A DNA stretch of 64,000 bases from Oceanispirochaeta sp. (GTDB taxonomy: Bacteria > Spirochaetota > Spirochaetia > DSM-2461). Shown here in pieces: positions 9,456 through 19,904 of the stretch (its first letter is position 1; every line of letters starts with the position of its first letter). The stretch is from NCBI GenBank assembly GCA_963663385.2, contig CAXXXD010000003.1, positions 1,440,001-1,504,000 of the forward strand. The letters are read 5' to 3'. The notes beneath the pieces are model-generated. The model saw nothing but the letters and a program-made list of their open reading frames with translations, did no database searches and was not told the origin of the DNA. Made by a program: the position numbers and the translations under genes.

Positions 9456-10898
9456 TTATTGCACTTTGAAGTAATGTCTGTCAAGGTAACGCAACCGTTC
9501 CTCAGCTTTAAAGCGCTCCAGTGACACAGGGTATTTGTCCAGTATCAGCAAATAACACGCTTTTGCCTGCTCAAGAGACTGACCGGATCCCGGCTGTTCA
9601 TATTTTTCAGCCAGAGCCAGCAGTTCCTGCGCATCAAGGGTCCCGAGTACCGGACTGAAAACATCTACTTCAGCAGGACGGCCCTGTAACTCCGCAACAC
9701 TGTCATTAGACACAGCCGGTTCAATTTCGGCATCTGCAGATCTTTGTTCAAAAGGATTATTCTCTGAATCTGAAACTTTTTCCGTTTCCTCAACAGGGAT
9801 ATCCTGTACGGCGACATCAGTTCCGGCAGTTTCAACCTCATGGCCGGCAAACAGCTCTTCTTCAACTAAAACTATATATTTCTGATCCTCACCGGAAAAG
9901 AGGTTCTGTTTCAGCATGCTCAGTTCCAGTTCTTCCGGCTTGCCTTTCAGCTTGAAAATAAAATTCGTACGCTTTTCGCTAGGATCATAATTTTTATCCG
10001 CCAGGTAAAGGGATGATGAATCCGGGGACAAGACCGACAGGAATATCCATCCGGAACCCTCCAGAGAGATAACAATCCTTTCAAGATGATCAAGAACTAC
10101 GGTGTAGTTCCCTTTATCCATAAGGATATCCTCAGACAGAGGAGATGGATCTGCAACTGGGTCAACCAAACCCCGTTCCTCCTGTTCCAGAATTTCATAT
10201 TTATCCCGGTCAGTCTCTATAGTCAGAGGCACAATCTTACTACCTGTAACTGGAGCGGCCTTTTCCTGATTATCCATTAACGGGTTTACAGGAATTTCTA
10301 CTAGTTCAGATGGCAGGGAGTAATCCGCCCTGCCGGAATAAACGGGTGCAGGAGGTTCCTCTACGGCAGGAGGTTCCTCTACGGCAGGAGGTTCCTCTAC
10401 GGCAGGAGATTCCTCTACGGCAGGAGATTCCTCTACGGCAGGAGATTCCTCTACGGCAGGAGATTCCTCTACGGCAGGAGATTCCTCTACGGCAGGAGAT
10501 TCCTCTACGGCATGAGGTTCCTCTACGGCAGGAGATTCCTCTACGGCAGGAGGTTCCTCTACGGCAGGAAGGTCCTTTTTTAGATCACCCTTTACTGGAT
10601 TCTCGTTCTTTACAACTTTGGAAGAGGAACTGTAAGTCTCTCCGGCTGAAATCTCAATTATCCCGCCGGCTTTCTCAAAATTTTCCTGCGGAATCAATAC
10701 AGATTCTTCTTCCGCTGTATCATCTCCCGGTTCAGCAACAGGCAGGGACGCGCCTTCCGCCTTACCTTCGATCACCGCATCTTCCCGGATCTCTTCATTT
10801 TCTACCGGTACTGATGATTGGCAGGCCAAAAAAAGAGACAACAGGAATCCTGTTCCTGCAAGACGTGTAAGTGAATACAGTATCCCTTTAAGGCGCAT
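9456..10898 (-). CDS. Acidic lipoprotein with PAVEE(S/P) repeats and C-terminal TPR-like helices
   Basis: Lipobox FLAC; 12 hexapeptide repeats; C-terminal LLALAEKYE...AKACY..ILDKYP TPR-like pattern. Confidence 0.8.
   Translation of the reverse strand: MRLKGILYSLTRLAGTGFLLSLFLACQSSVPVENEEIREDAVIEGKAEGASLPVAEPGDDTAEEESVLIPQENFEKAGGIIEISAGETYSSSSKVVKNENPVKGDLKKDLPAVEEPPAVEESPAVEEPHAVEESPAVEESPAVEESPAVEESPAVEESPAVEESPAVEEPPAVEEPPAVEEPPAPVYSGRADYSLPSELVEIPVNPLMDNQEKAAPVTGSKIVPLTIETDRDKYEILEQEERGLVDPVADPSPLSEDILMDKGNYTVVLDHLERIVISLEGSGWIFLSVLSPDSSSLYLADKNYDPSEKRTNFIFKLKGKPEELELSMLKQNLFSGEDQKYIVLVEEELFAGHEVETAGTDVAVQDIPVEETEKVSDSENNPFEQRSADAEIEPAVSNDSVAELQGRPAEVDVFSPVLGTLDAQELLALAEKYEQPGSGQSLEQAKACYLLILDKYPVSLERFKAEERLRYLDRHYFKVQ
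10353..10568. repeat. In-frame 18-bp tandem repeat, 12 units
   Basis: Unit AG(G/A)TTCCTCTACGGCAGG repeated head-to-tail, one variant ending in ATG. Confidence 0.95.
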
Positions 10899-11283
10899 CT
10901 TTTAAAATATCCCAAACCAGCCTGTGATTTGCTTCTGTAAAATAATCAAGATCACTCCGGTCCGCCGGAATCCAGAATTCACTGACTTCCCCGTTAACCC
11001 AGGGGATCTCACTTGTACGGTAATAGTCCATCTCGAGAAACAGCTCCTCCAGTTCTTCAAAATACAGGATACTGCACTGAGACTGACTGGCTACGGACTC
11101 ATCAAGCTGTTCCAGATCATAAGCCATCTTTTTCTGTTCTTCCTTGTTGACACTCCGGTCTTCAAGCAGATCCCGGATAAAAAGGACCCCTACAATAAGC
11201 AGGGAAAGGGATGCCATCCCAATACCGATATGGATAAAAACTTTTTTATCCAAACCTGAAAAAATACGTCTAAGCGGGTTCAT
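10888..11283 (-). CDS. Single-pass membrane hypothetical protein
   Basis: One hydrophobic N-terminal helix; overlaps smc stop and the lipoprotein start. Confidence 0.7.
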   Translation of the reverse strand: MNPLRRIFSGLDKKVFIHIGIGMASLSLLIVGVLFIRDLLEDRSVNKEEQKKMAYDLEQLDESVASQSQCSILYFEELEELFLEMDYYRTSEIPWVNGEVSEFWIPADRSDLDYFTEANHRLVWDILKDAP

Positions 11284-14062
11284 TTACCAGTTCTCCAATT
11301 TTCATAGCCAGAAGCTTGGAAATACCGGATTCCTGCATGGTCACACCCAACAGGGTCTTTGCACCGGTTACAGTCTTCTTATTATGAGTAATAACAATAA
11401 ACTGAGACATTTCTCCAAATTCAATCAGCACATTAACAAATCTCTGAATATTGGCATCATCCAGAGCCGCATCAATCTCATCCAGGATACAAAAAGGAGA
11501 CGGTTTAACCATATAGGTGGCAAAAAGCAGGGCGACACCCGTCAGAGACCGTTCCCCGCCAGAAAGGAGAGAGATATTCTCCAGCTTTTTACCGGGGGGC
11601 TGGGCGTATATCTCGATCCCGGATTCCAGAATATTATCAGGATCAAGCAGCTTCAATTCCGCCCGGCCGCCACCGAACATCCTGCGGAATATTTCATGAA
11701 AGTTTGCTTTGATCTGATTGTATGTACGGCTGAAGAGCTGAGCAGATTCTTTTCGGATCTCCATGGTTACCTTTACAAGATTCTCACGCGCCTGTTCCAG
11801 ATCATTCAATTGAGTGTTTAAGAAATCATAGCGTTCTTTGATCTCTATAAACTCTTCAGGTGCCATCAGGTTAACCTGCCCCAAAGATTTCAACTTTTCT
11901 CTGGTAATATTGTAGGTTTCACGTAGATCCTGTCTGGATTTTGAAATGGAAGGGATCCGGTCAAAATACTTACTGATCTCGGAAGCATTATTATCCCTGA
12001 AATTCTGCGACAGATTTTCCATTTCTTCCCGCACATGCCCTATCTCTATTGTAATTTTTTCAAGATTCAGGATGAGATCCTGGAGAGAGGAATTTTTCTT
12101 CTTTAACTCCCCTTCCTTTCCGCTGACATCTCTATTTCGGGATTGGATACTCTCCTCCAGCTCCTTCAGCTTTTTCTGAAGAGCCGTTTTATTTTCATCA
12201 AGGTTTTTTACCTGGACTTCGGCGTCAAGGATTTTTTCAAGACTCTCTTCAATCCGTTTTTCCAAACGCCCAATCTCTTCCAGATTATCCCTGAGCTGAT
12301 CCTCATAGTTGATTTTTTCCGACGCCAGACTCTTCAAATTATCCTGAATAGCAGAAACCTGAGTTGCCATCCTGGCACGATTAACACGAAGCTCTTCAAG
12401 GGTGGCCCTGAATTCCTGAATCTTCTTTACCAGCTGTCTGTTATCTTCTGCTGTAGAGTGAATAATGCCACGGGATTTTTTCAGATTGTTTTTTATATCA
12501 ACAAGCTTTTCGTCAATCTCCCTTTTGCGGGTTATAATTCCTTCCGGAGCCAGAAAATCGTTAAGAAAGTCCGGTTCAAGACCTGAATAGCTATCTAGAT
12601 CCTTTTTCAGTTTCTCCAGGGATACTTTTATACCCTTAAGCCCTTTTATCCCGGAATCCCAGACTTCCGAATCATCCCTTCCTGCGCCGACTCTTCCGGC
12701 ATCTTCCCAGAGAGAGAGTTTTCCCTCCAGCTGAATCAGGATGGACTGAAGATTCTCTTCCATCTGCTCTTTCAGAACCGAACGCTGCTTCAGGGAGATT
12801 CCCGATTCTTTCAGCCCCGTATCCAGCTGATTTACAATATCATCTGTCAATGTTCTCAGATTTTCCTGAAGGGACTCCTGCTCTATCTCCCACCTGGCAA
12901 TATTTTCTTCATTCCGGGAAATTACCTTTCCATTTTCCGTGATACGGCTTTCTGAGGTCTCTATGCTTTTCTGAAAATTGAGAATGTTATTCTCTATATC
13001 CTTGAGCTGATCATTATACTCCTGCAGTTTGGCGCGTTTATCCTCCTCTTCCTGCCTGAGGACATCCACCTTTCCGTTGATATCTTTTTCTTTCTGTTTC
13101 AACCCGGCAATCTGGGTTTCGACCTCTTTGTTCTGCTCTTTAAGCATCTTGATACGGTTGTACTGATTATCTTTTTCAAGATCGATTCCATAAAGCTTCT
13201 TCTGATCTTCAATCAGTTCCGAAGCCATGGAATTCACTTCATCCATATTGGAAGCCAGATTCCCGTTCAACTGATCAATGCTCTCGATCAGTTTCTGCTT
13301 TTTGGTACTTATCTTTTCATACTGACCTTTCTTGCGGTCAAGATTTTCCTGAAGCTGGTTGTATTTAAGGAGCTGTATATCTATATCGATTGAGTACATC
13401 TCCTCCCGGAGACTCCTGTACTTCAAGGTTTTTTCAGACTGTTTCTTCAGCGTCTCATAACTTTTCCGGACTTCCGAGAGGATATTTTCAACCTGAACCA
13501 TATTCTCTTTAGTTCTTGCCAGCTTCCGTTCGGCCTCACAGCCTTTCATTTTAAAACGTGTAATCCCGGCAGCCTCTTCAAAAAGGTAACGCCGCTCTTC
13601 CGGTTTATTGGACAGGACCTGATCAATTTTCCCCTGCTCCATTATGGAATAGGCAGATTTACCAATCCCCGTATCGTAAAAAATCTCCCGCAGTTCCTTT
13701 AGTTTTACAAGAGTATTATTAACAAAATACTCACTCTCTCCACTGCGATAAAGGCGACGCTTGATTGAGATTTCCGGCAGATCCAGATCCAGTATATTTT
13801 CTTCATTGGAAACAACCAGGGTTACTTCGGCAACATTCAGAGCTTTACGGCTCTCAGTACCGTTAAAGATGACATCTTCCATTTTTTCCGCCCGCATATT
13901 GCGGGTAGACTGCTCCCCTAAAACCCATTTGATGGAATCGACAATATTACTCTTGCCGCAGCCATTGGGACCGAGGAGTGCGGTTATTCCTTCTGTAAAA
14001 TCAATTTGAGTTCTATCTGCGAAAGACTTGAAACCCAAGAGCTCTATTCTTTTTAGAAACAC
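11270..14062 (-). CDS. smc: Chromosome segregation SMC (short P115-type)
   Basis: GFKSF, GPNGCGKS, QG Q-loop, LSGGE, LDEIDAALD, long coiled coils. Confidence 0.93.
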   Translation of the reverse strand: MFLKRIELLGFKSFADRTQIDFTEGITALLGPNGCGKSNIVDSIKWVLGEQSTRNMRAEKMEDVIFNGTESRKALNVAEVTLVVSNEENILDLDLPEISIKRRLYRSGESEYFVNNTLVKLKELREIFYDTGIGKSAYSIMEQGKIDQVLSNKPEERRYLFEEAAGITRFKMKGCEAERKLARTKENMVQVENILSEVRKSYETLKKQSEKTLKYRSLREEMYSIDIDIQLLKYNQLQENLDRKKGQYEKISTKKQKLIESIDQLNGNLASNMDEVNSMASELIEDQKKLYGIDLEKDNQYNRIKMLKEQNKEVETQIAGLKQKEKDINGKVDVLRQEEEDKRAKLQEYNDQLKDIENNILNFQKSIETSESRITENGKVISRNEENIARWEIEQESLQENLRTLTDDIVNQLDTGLKESGISLKQRSVLKEQMEENLQSILIQLEGKLSLWEDAGRVGAGRDDSEVWDSGIKGLKGIKVSLEKLKKDLDSYSGLEPDFLNDFLAPEGIITRKREIDEKLVDIKNNLKKSRGIIHSTAEDNRQLVKKIQEFRATLEELRVNRARMATQVSAIQDNLKSLASEKINYEDQLRDNLEEIGRLEKRIEESLEKILDAEVQVKNLDENKTALQKKLKELEESIQSRNRDVSGKEGELKKKNSSLQDLILNLEKITIEIGHVREEMENLSQNFRDNNASEISKYFDRIPSISKSRQDLRETYNITREKLKSLGQVNLMAPEEFIEIKERYDFLNTQLNDLEQARENLVKVTMEIRKESAQLFSRTYNQIKANFHEIFRRMFGGGRAELKLLDPDNILESGIEIYAQPPGKKLENISLLSGGERSLTGVALLFATYMVKPSPFCILDEIDAALDDANIQRFVNVLIEFGEMSQFIVITHNKKTVTGAKTLLGVTMQESGISKLLAMKIGELVNEPA

Positions 14063-14179
14063 AAAGCCTCCAACTGATTATTAACGTATCATAACATAAT
14101 CCGGCGAATTATTCAGCCGCCAGATTATTAATTCATACAGGAATGAAAAAGGGATGGGTATTATTTATTGAGGAATTTT

Positions 14180-14635
14180 TTATTTCAGACGTTTTTTAAT
14201 AACATCAACAGCCTGATCAAATCCATCCAGAAATACCTGAAGGTTGCGGTTAAAAACCCTTACAGCAATATTTTCGTAGTTTTCATCGTTATTGATGCGG
14301 CTTTCGGCCATTGTAAGATACAGTTCGCCGGATTTGGAAGATTTAACCATAAAAGAGTATTTTCTTTTGCCTGATCCTGTTTTCAATTCACTGTCAAACG
14401 GCTGAATGGAGGCTTTCATCTTTCCTACGGCCTCTTCAAAATACTGCAGGAATTTCGGCAGATCTTCCATATATACGATAAGGGAGAATCGTTTAAACTG
14501 ATTCTCCTTCTTTTTGCTTTCTACAAGATTCAGAAAAAGATCTCCATAACGGTTCTCCTTCACATTGAAAAAATAAGTTAAGCTTCCGTCCTCAGCAAAA
14601 CGTTTCGATGTAAAGATTTCCCCTCTCTGGCCCAT
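14180..14635 (-). CDS. PUR-repeat (DUF3276/BpuR-like) nucleic-acid-binding protein with two repeats
   Basis: TYFFNVKEN..GDLFLNLVESKK PUR motif, plus a second copy YSFMVKSSKSGELYLTMAESR. Confidence 0.8.
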   Translation of the reverse strand: MGQRGEIFTSKRFAEDGSLTYFFNVKENRYGDLFLNLVESKKKENQFKRFSLIVYMEDLPKFLQYFEEAVGKMKASIQPFDSELKTGSGKRKYSFMVKSSKSGELYLTMAESRINNDENYENIAVRVFNRNLQVFLDGFDQAVDVIKKRLK

Positions 14636-14709
14636 ATCTCTTTCCTTCTCTTTTTAATCTTGGAGGATCATAACGGATTTACCAGTCTATGGCAACCCGT
14701 CAGATACCC

Positions 14710-16116
14710 CTATTCTTCAGGTTCATCGAAAACTATCAGTGTCCCTTCCGCCCTGATGACATCTCCAGGACTTAACTTCCTGACTTTGACAGGCTGATTA
14801 TTTACCATAACTTCCTTATCGGATTTTAAAGTGTAGGTATTATCCTTCTCCCTGATAATCGTCACACCTGTTTCATCCAGCCCCCCTCTGTCCTGAAAAT
14901 TATCCTCATGTATAATCTCCGTTTTCTGGGGACTGACCGCCAGCAGGGTTCTGTCCTCTGAAATCTGAAGGATCGTACTCGACTCATCCGCGGGAGACAG
15001 AACCTCGAGATGGGTGAAGGGATACAACCGCTCGAAAGGGGTATGATGAATGATTACAATAACAGCCAGCGCCAGTACGCTCAGTGCCAGGAAAACCCAC
15101 CAGGGAAGTTCGGGCGGAAGCCCCCAGAAGATTTCCCATAGATAGGCGAATTCCGGACTGACATATCCACCAGTCATGGATACTCTGATAATCTTCTCCC
15201 GTCCCGTAGTGACACAAGGGGTATAGGTCAGGCGGAATTCTTTACTGATACGTTCATGGATTTCAAGATACGCATCTATCAGTTCATTTCGGGAAGCCGT
15301 CATATAACTCTGCCCCCCTGTTCTCCGAGCCAGTTGATCCAGGGCAGGATCTTTTTCTCTTGTATAAAAAATCGGGTAGAGTGTAATTCCGCTTTTGCGG
15401 AAATGCTCAGCCAGTTTTTCCTGATCAACCAGATTATTTCCCCAGAGAGGGTGGGGTTCTTTTCTGTTTTCCGAGTAGGTGTAGTTTTCTCCGTCCGTCA
15501 GAAGAATCAGAACCTTTCGCCCCCTTCTCATACTGAGTTTTTCCATACAGTCCTTCATGGCCCTGTACAGCTCGGTATAGGATTCATCCTTCCCGGGTCT
15601 GTTAATATTATTCAGGGATTTGTAAAGTGTACTTCTGTCTGAAGTAAAGGGTGTCTCTTCGGAAATATAGGTATTGAAAGTTACTAGGCTTATATTATCC
15701 TTATATTCACTTGTTTTATCGAAAAGGTCCCGCAGAGCGGATACCAGATAGAAAATTCTCTGTTTCTCTCGGTTTTCTTCGGATTTACCGGCTATGGAGT
15801 CATACATGCTGCCAGAATTATCAATCAGAAGGAGAAGAGAAATCTCTTCCTGTGAGAAACCGTTATACTGAAAACTCCTGATTCCGGAGTTGGTCCACTC
15901 ACCGCTTTTTTCATTGAATTCATCCAGTTTAAAATCTTCCACGCCCCAATCTCCGGGAGCTGTTTCTTCTTCAGTCTGCAGGGAAATATATATATCCGCA
16001 GAACCATTAATCAGGATCCCCGATGTATCGACTCCTGTAATACTGATTGGCTCTTCTGATGATACTGCGGTATAACAGAAAACCAGAAATGCTATGGCAA
16101 TAAGTCTTTTCTTCAT
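14710..16116 (-). CDS. Signal peptide - vWA - TM - FHA-like protein
   Basis: MIDAS DNSGS, LLTDGEN, LARRTGG; TM WWVFLALSVLALAVIVII; C-terminal VNNQPV...LSPGDVIR FHA-like tail. Confidence 0.85.
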   Translation of the reverse strand: MKKRLIAIAFLVFCYTAVSSEEPISITGVDTSGILINGSADIYISLQTEEETAPGDWGVEDFKLDEFNEKSGEWTNSGIRSFQYNGFSQEEISLLLLIDNSGSMYDSIAGKSEENREKQRIFYLVSALRDLFDKTSEYKDNISLVTFNTYISEETPFTSDRSTLYKSLNNINRPGKDESYTELYRAMKDCMEKLSMRRGRKVLILLTDGENYTYSENRKEPHPLWGNNLVDQEKLAEHFRKSGITLYPIFYTREKDPALDQLARRTGGQSYMTASRNELIDAYLEIHERISKEFRLTYTPCVTTGREKIIRVSMTGGYVSPEFAYLWEIFWGLPPELPWWVFLALSVLALAVIVIIHHTPFERLYPFTHLEVLSPADESSTILQISEDRTLLAVSPQKTEIIHEDNFQDRGGLDETGVTIIREKDNTYTLKSDKEVMVNNQPVKVRKLSPGDVIRAEGTLIVFDEPEE

Positions 16117-17000
16117 TATCTTACCTCGTACAGGAAGTGGATTTTCCCGATGCCGATGACATCTTCATATTTCAGAGGGTATTCACCGGCCGATTGATCA
16201 TTGATCCGCATATCAAAATCAGGCGACTGCCTGATAATTGAGACGTCCTTTCCTTTTTTCACTACAAGAGCAGCAGTCGCTGGAACAGAACCGTCTCCCT
16301 GGATGATAATGTCATTATTCCTGCCGCTGCCTATGGTTATTCGTCTCTGATTCAAGCGGTACTTCCGACCTTTCTGACTGCCGTTCAGAACCCGCAGGGA
16401 TCCGGAGGATCTTTTCTCTTCCATGAGAGTGTTCAGCAGGGCCGTTCCCAACCCGATAATCAGAAATCCCGGGAGCTTCAGCCAGGAGTCCTGAGGATAC
16501 AGAAGCATGCCCGTTTCTACCAGAAAACCGCCAATTACCCCGGCGGTAATGCCACTGACCAGTCCCGCAGATATCTTAACACCCGAACGGGCTCTCAGAC
16601 CTTCGGCGGTTCCAATAAAAGCTCCCATAATTCCCCAGCTGATAATACGGGCAATATAGTAGGGAACCCTGTATACTTCGGGCAAAAATCCTTCCGGAAG
16701 GATAAGGACAAAGAGGTACTGTCCGGCAAAAGCACCGATAATTCCCCCCAGAGCACCCCAGAGTATCCCCCAAAGCCACTCTCTTCTCATCTTAACGATA
16801 TTTTTATGAAGGATCCCTTCCATGGAAGCCAGAACAGAACTGAGAGCTGCGCCTGTAACAGCTCCGGAAAGGATCAGGACAGACCTGTACCCCGGAAGTC
16901 TATGCTGAATAGACAGAACCAGTTCGAGCAGGGTCCATCCCAAAAGTCCGGCAGAGAAGCCGATGGCCATCCCCACAATATATTTTCCTTTGGTTTTCAT
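16116..17000 (-). CDS. Multi-TM Gly-rich membrane protein with C-terminal FHA domain
   Basis: About six Gly-rich hydrophobic helices, then LRVLNG..KG..Y.L....ITIG...L...DVI.IG FHA pattern. Confidence 0.85.
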   Translation of the reverse strand: MKTKGKYIVGMAIGFSAGLLGWTLLELVLSIQHRLPGYRSVLILSGAVTGAALSSVLASMEGILHKNIVKMRREWLWGILWGALGGIIGAFAGQYLFVLILPEGFLPEVYRVPYYIARIISWGIMGAFIGTAEGLRARSGVKISAGLVSGITAGVIGGFLVETGMLLYPQDSWLKLPGFLIIGLGTALLNTLMEEKRSSGSLRVLNGSQKGRKYRLNQRRITIGSGRNNDIIIQGDGSVPATAALVVKKGKDVSIIRQSPDFDMRINDQSAGEYPLKYEDVIGIGKIHFLYEVR

Positions 17001-17006
17001 GTGTTA

Positions 17007-18884
17007 TTACTCCTTTTCCACGGTAAGAGTCTTCTCTTTTTCATCCAGGTTCATGTTAAACACGATCGTTTCGTCCTGAACTACTGTAATCTGGTAATCT
17101 TCCGGTTCGCCCTTGTACTGGAACGAGAGAATATAGTCACCGGGGCTCAAGGCCAGGGGAGTACCAGTTTCACCCCAAATATCCAGAGCTGTAAGTTCAC
17201 CGGGGAATCCCCCCGACAGAACTGTTTTTTTTCCATTAATACGGAATCGGATCAGAGGGTTCCATCCATTGATGCGGAGGAATCCCTCCTTCGGAACAAG
17301 TTGAACATCCAGCTGCAGAGAGGTTTGATAGGGTTGAATCCGCAGATGATAGTCATTGGAATGGTAACCTTCTGCACTAACCCGGATTTTATAGACATTA
17401 TCCGTCTCAAGCTTGTCCGCAACCGCTTCCAGGGGCACATAGACATTGTCTTTGAGAATGGAAACAAGCGCTGTATCCGAAAGATCCTTACCTGTTCCCC
17501 GTTCCCGGGCCTTCATTTCAATTGAAAGAGGAAGAGGTCTGTAACTGGACCAACTCATATTGATATGACGAATATCCCCGAAATCAAAGAAAGATCCTTC
17601 TGTCTTCATAGCTTCAAGGTAGATATTTGTCCATATAACCTGATTATCTATTGTGGTTTTAATACGGTAAGTACCGGGTTCCAGATACCGGACATCCGAT
17701 TCAACAAGAAGATGGCCCTCATTTTCCTCCCGGATTTTATACCGCATCTCTCCGTCAATATCCGGAATTGTTATATTGTCATCCTTAAAAAGATGAGTAA
17801 CGATATTCATGTCACCGCCCTTTTTAAGTGGTTTTTCGATTTCAAGCTGAATCTGGATGGCTCCGAATTTACTGCACTGCAGGTAACGATAGTGCATTCC
17901 CTTCAAATAGGCGAATGATCCCCCCGCCAACAGGAGAATAAGGACAGCTCCGGCGACGGCTAATTTCATCTTTTTCCGACCGGTTTTATACTGCCCGACT
18001 CTGGTATGCCCCGCTTCATCATTCATTAAAGCCACAATATCCTGACGGATTTGCTCTACAGGGGCTCCCTGATACCATCTGTCGAGTTTTTTCATCAGTA
18101 CAGCAATAGACTGCGGCCTTTTCTTCAATTGTGCCTGCATACAGCTTCTTATAAGAGAAACGGCAAATCCGGGAATTTCCGGCTGCAGCTTTTTGGGATT
18201 TACGTAACGCCCTTTCTGGATTTTCAGTATTGTCTCCGGGTTAATCTTGCCGGGAAAGGGCTTCTTGCCTGTCAGCATCTCGTAGAGCATGACACCCAGT
18301 GAATATATATCCGCCTGACAGGTTACATTTTTAGAATCCTCAAACTGCTCGGGGGCCATATAGGAAGGGGTTCCCAGGGTCATCCCGTCCTTTGTCAGTT
18401 CTTCCTCTTCCGAATCGGCCTGAGCAATACCGAAATCAACCAGTTTTATCTCGCCGTTTTTGGAAACCATAATATTGGCAGGTTTGATATCCCTGTGAAT
18501 GACCTGTCTGTTATGAGCATACTGAAGGGCTTTACAGGCATGATAGAAAATATACAAACCCGTATTGATATCCAGATAGCGTTCCTTTTTCAGAAGTATA
18601 TCGACAGAACACCCGTCAACGAATTCCTGAACAATATAATAGGAAGAAGCCTGCTTGAAGTGATCATAGACCCGGACAATATTTTCATGACTGAACTCGA
18701 TCATTATCTTTGCTTCACGCCGGAAGCGCTCTGTCAGATGATCACTGTTATTCAGGGTTAGTTTTTTCAGAACGACCGGCTGTTCGAGAGTTGGATGGGT
18801 TCCCTTGTAGACAGCGCCCATCCCTCCCTCGGCAATTTTATCTTCAACCGGATATTTTCCAATTTTTGTCGGTGTTCGTCCCAT
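17007..18884 (-). CDS. Hanks-type transmembrane Ser/Thr protein kinase
   Basis: EGGMGAVY, HRDIKPAN, DFG, GTPSYMAPEQ; TM near aa 307-326; periplasmic beta-rich (PEGA-like) C-terminus. Confidence 0.95.
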   Translation of the reverse strand: MGRTPTKIGKYPVEDKIAEGGMGAVYKGTHPTLEQPVVLKKLTLNNSDHLTERFRREAKIMIEFSHENIVRVYDHFKQASSYYIVQEFVDGCSVDILLKKERYLDINTGLYIFYHACKALQYAHNRQVIHRDIKPANIMVSKNGEIKLVDFGIAQADSEEEELTKDGMTLGTPSYMAPEQFEDSKNVTCQADIYSLGVMLYEMLTGKKPFPGKINPETILKIQKGRYVNPKKLQPEIPGFAVSLIRSCMQAQLKKRPQSIAVLMKKLDRWYQGAPVEQIRQDIVALMNDEAGHTRVGQYKTGRKKMKLAVAGAVLILLLAGGSFAYLKGMHYRYLQCSKFGAIQIQLEIEKPLKKGGDMNIVTHLFKDDNITIPDIDGEMRYKIREENEGHLLVESDVRYLEPGTYRIKTTIDNQVIWTNIYLEAMKTEGSFFDFGDIRHINMSWSSYRPLPLSIEMKARERGTGKDLSDTALVSILKDNVYVPLEAVADKLETDNVYKIRVSAEGYHSNDYHLRIQPYQTSLQLDVQLVPKEGFLRINGWNPLIRFRINGKKTVLSGGFPGELTALDIWGETGTPLALSPGDYILSFQYKGEPEDYQITVVQDETIVFNMNLDEKEKTLTVEKE

Positions 18885-18885
18885 C

Positions 18886-19902
18886 CTAAAGAACTCCTTC
18901 TTCTATATTTACAATGTCCCTCTCAGGATCAGCCAGACGGCCCCGTTCCGAATAGTATATCTGCATTTTATCCGGGTTATGAATCTGAATAAAATTCCCG
19001 TCAGCCCGAAGGCTGTATTTCTCCGAAATCGTACGGTGCCCGCCCAGATAAAAATCCAGAGGCCTGTCGAATTCATCTCCATAAATTTTCAGAAATCTTT
19101 CAACCGTTCCCGGTTCTGACTGATCATTACGTGTCCAGGTTAGTCCAAGCTTGATATGGTCAAACCATTCAATGTTGATAATCTCATCGGTACTGTAATA
19201 CTCCAGAGGTTCCGCATGAGAGGCGATAAAGTTCCAGCCAACAGCCATATACGGAAATAGGTATTCAAATTCCGCGTAAGCATTCATAAACTCTTCTCCC
19301 TGAAAACGGAGAACCCACTGCCGGACCATCTCACCCTCATAAACGAATTTACCGAAGGGATGATTGCCCCGTCCCTCTTCGTTCCGGATATTTTCATGAT
19401 TCCCCTTTAAAAAATGAAACCCATCCGGGAAAGAATTTTTCAGGATCATTACCATCTCCATAAGACCGTAACTCTCATTCATCTCCTGATCCATATTTCT
19501 ATGGCGTTTGAACTTTCCCTGGAATTCCTCAAAACTTCTGACCCAGCGGTAATACCCGCGTTTTTCCGAATGAAAACCATCTCCCAGGCAAAGCAGTTGA
19601 ACCGTGGACTCGGAGAGCCCCTTCAACACAGTTTTTCTGTCCGGGGTTTTCCAGTTCAGAACCCGGTACAGGAATTCCCTTCTGGCATGAAGATCCGGGA
19701 CCACCACAACAGGAATATCCTGGTTAAGAAGCACCAGTCCTCCCGGATTTCCCGTATCGTCAGAAAGTCTGATGAGAGGATTCTCATTTTTCAAGGTCTC
19801 AACGGCATTCTCCAGATCGGCGACAAGTTTTCTTGCAGGAGATACCTTCCTGGACTGTGTTAACTGCTGCAGTTCTAAATCAAGACTTTTTATATCTATC
19901 AT
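18886..19902 (-). CDS. Calcineurin-like metallophosphoesterase (candidate protein phosphatase)
   Basis: DLH, LGD, GNHE, SHA, GH metal-ligand motifs. Confidence 0.85.
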   Translation of the reverse strand: MIDIKSLDLELQQLTQSRKVSPARKLVADLENAVETLKNENPLIRLSDDTGNPGGLVLLNQDIPVVVVPDLHARREFLYRVLNWKTPDRKTVLKGLSESTVQLLCLGDGFHSEKRGYYRWVRSFEEFQGKFKRHRNMDQEMNESYGLMEMVMILKNSFPDGFHFLKGNHENIRNEEGRGNHPFGKFVYEGEMVRQWVLRFQGEEFMNAYAEFEYLFPYMAVGWNFIASHAEPLEYYSTDEIINIEWFDHIKLGLTWTRNDQSEPGTVERFLKIYGDEFDRPLDFYLGGHRTISEKYSLRADGNFIQIHNPDKMQIYYSERGRLADPERDIVNIEEGVL

Positions 19903-19904
19903 TG

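Noticed and set aside
10353..10568. CRISPR-like appearance of the repeat
   Set aside because: Units are contiguous with no spacers, are a multiple of 3 within a CDS, and no cas genes are present
10310..10870. 186-aa + strand ORF (RQEIPL repeats)
   Set aside because: Antisense shadow kept open by the stop-free tandem repeat in the lipoprotein gene
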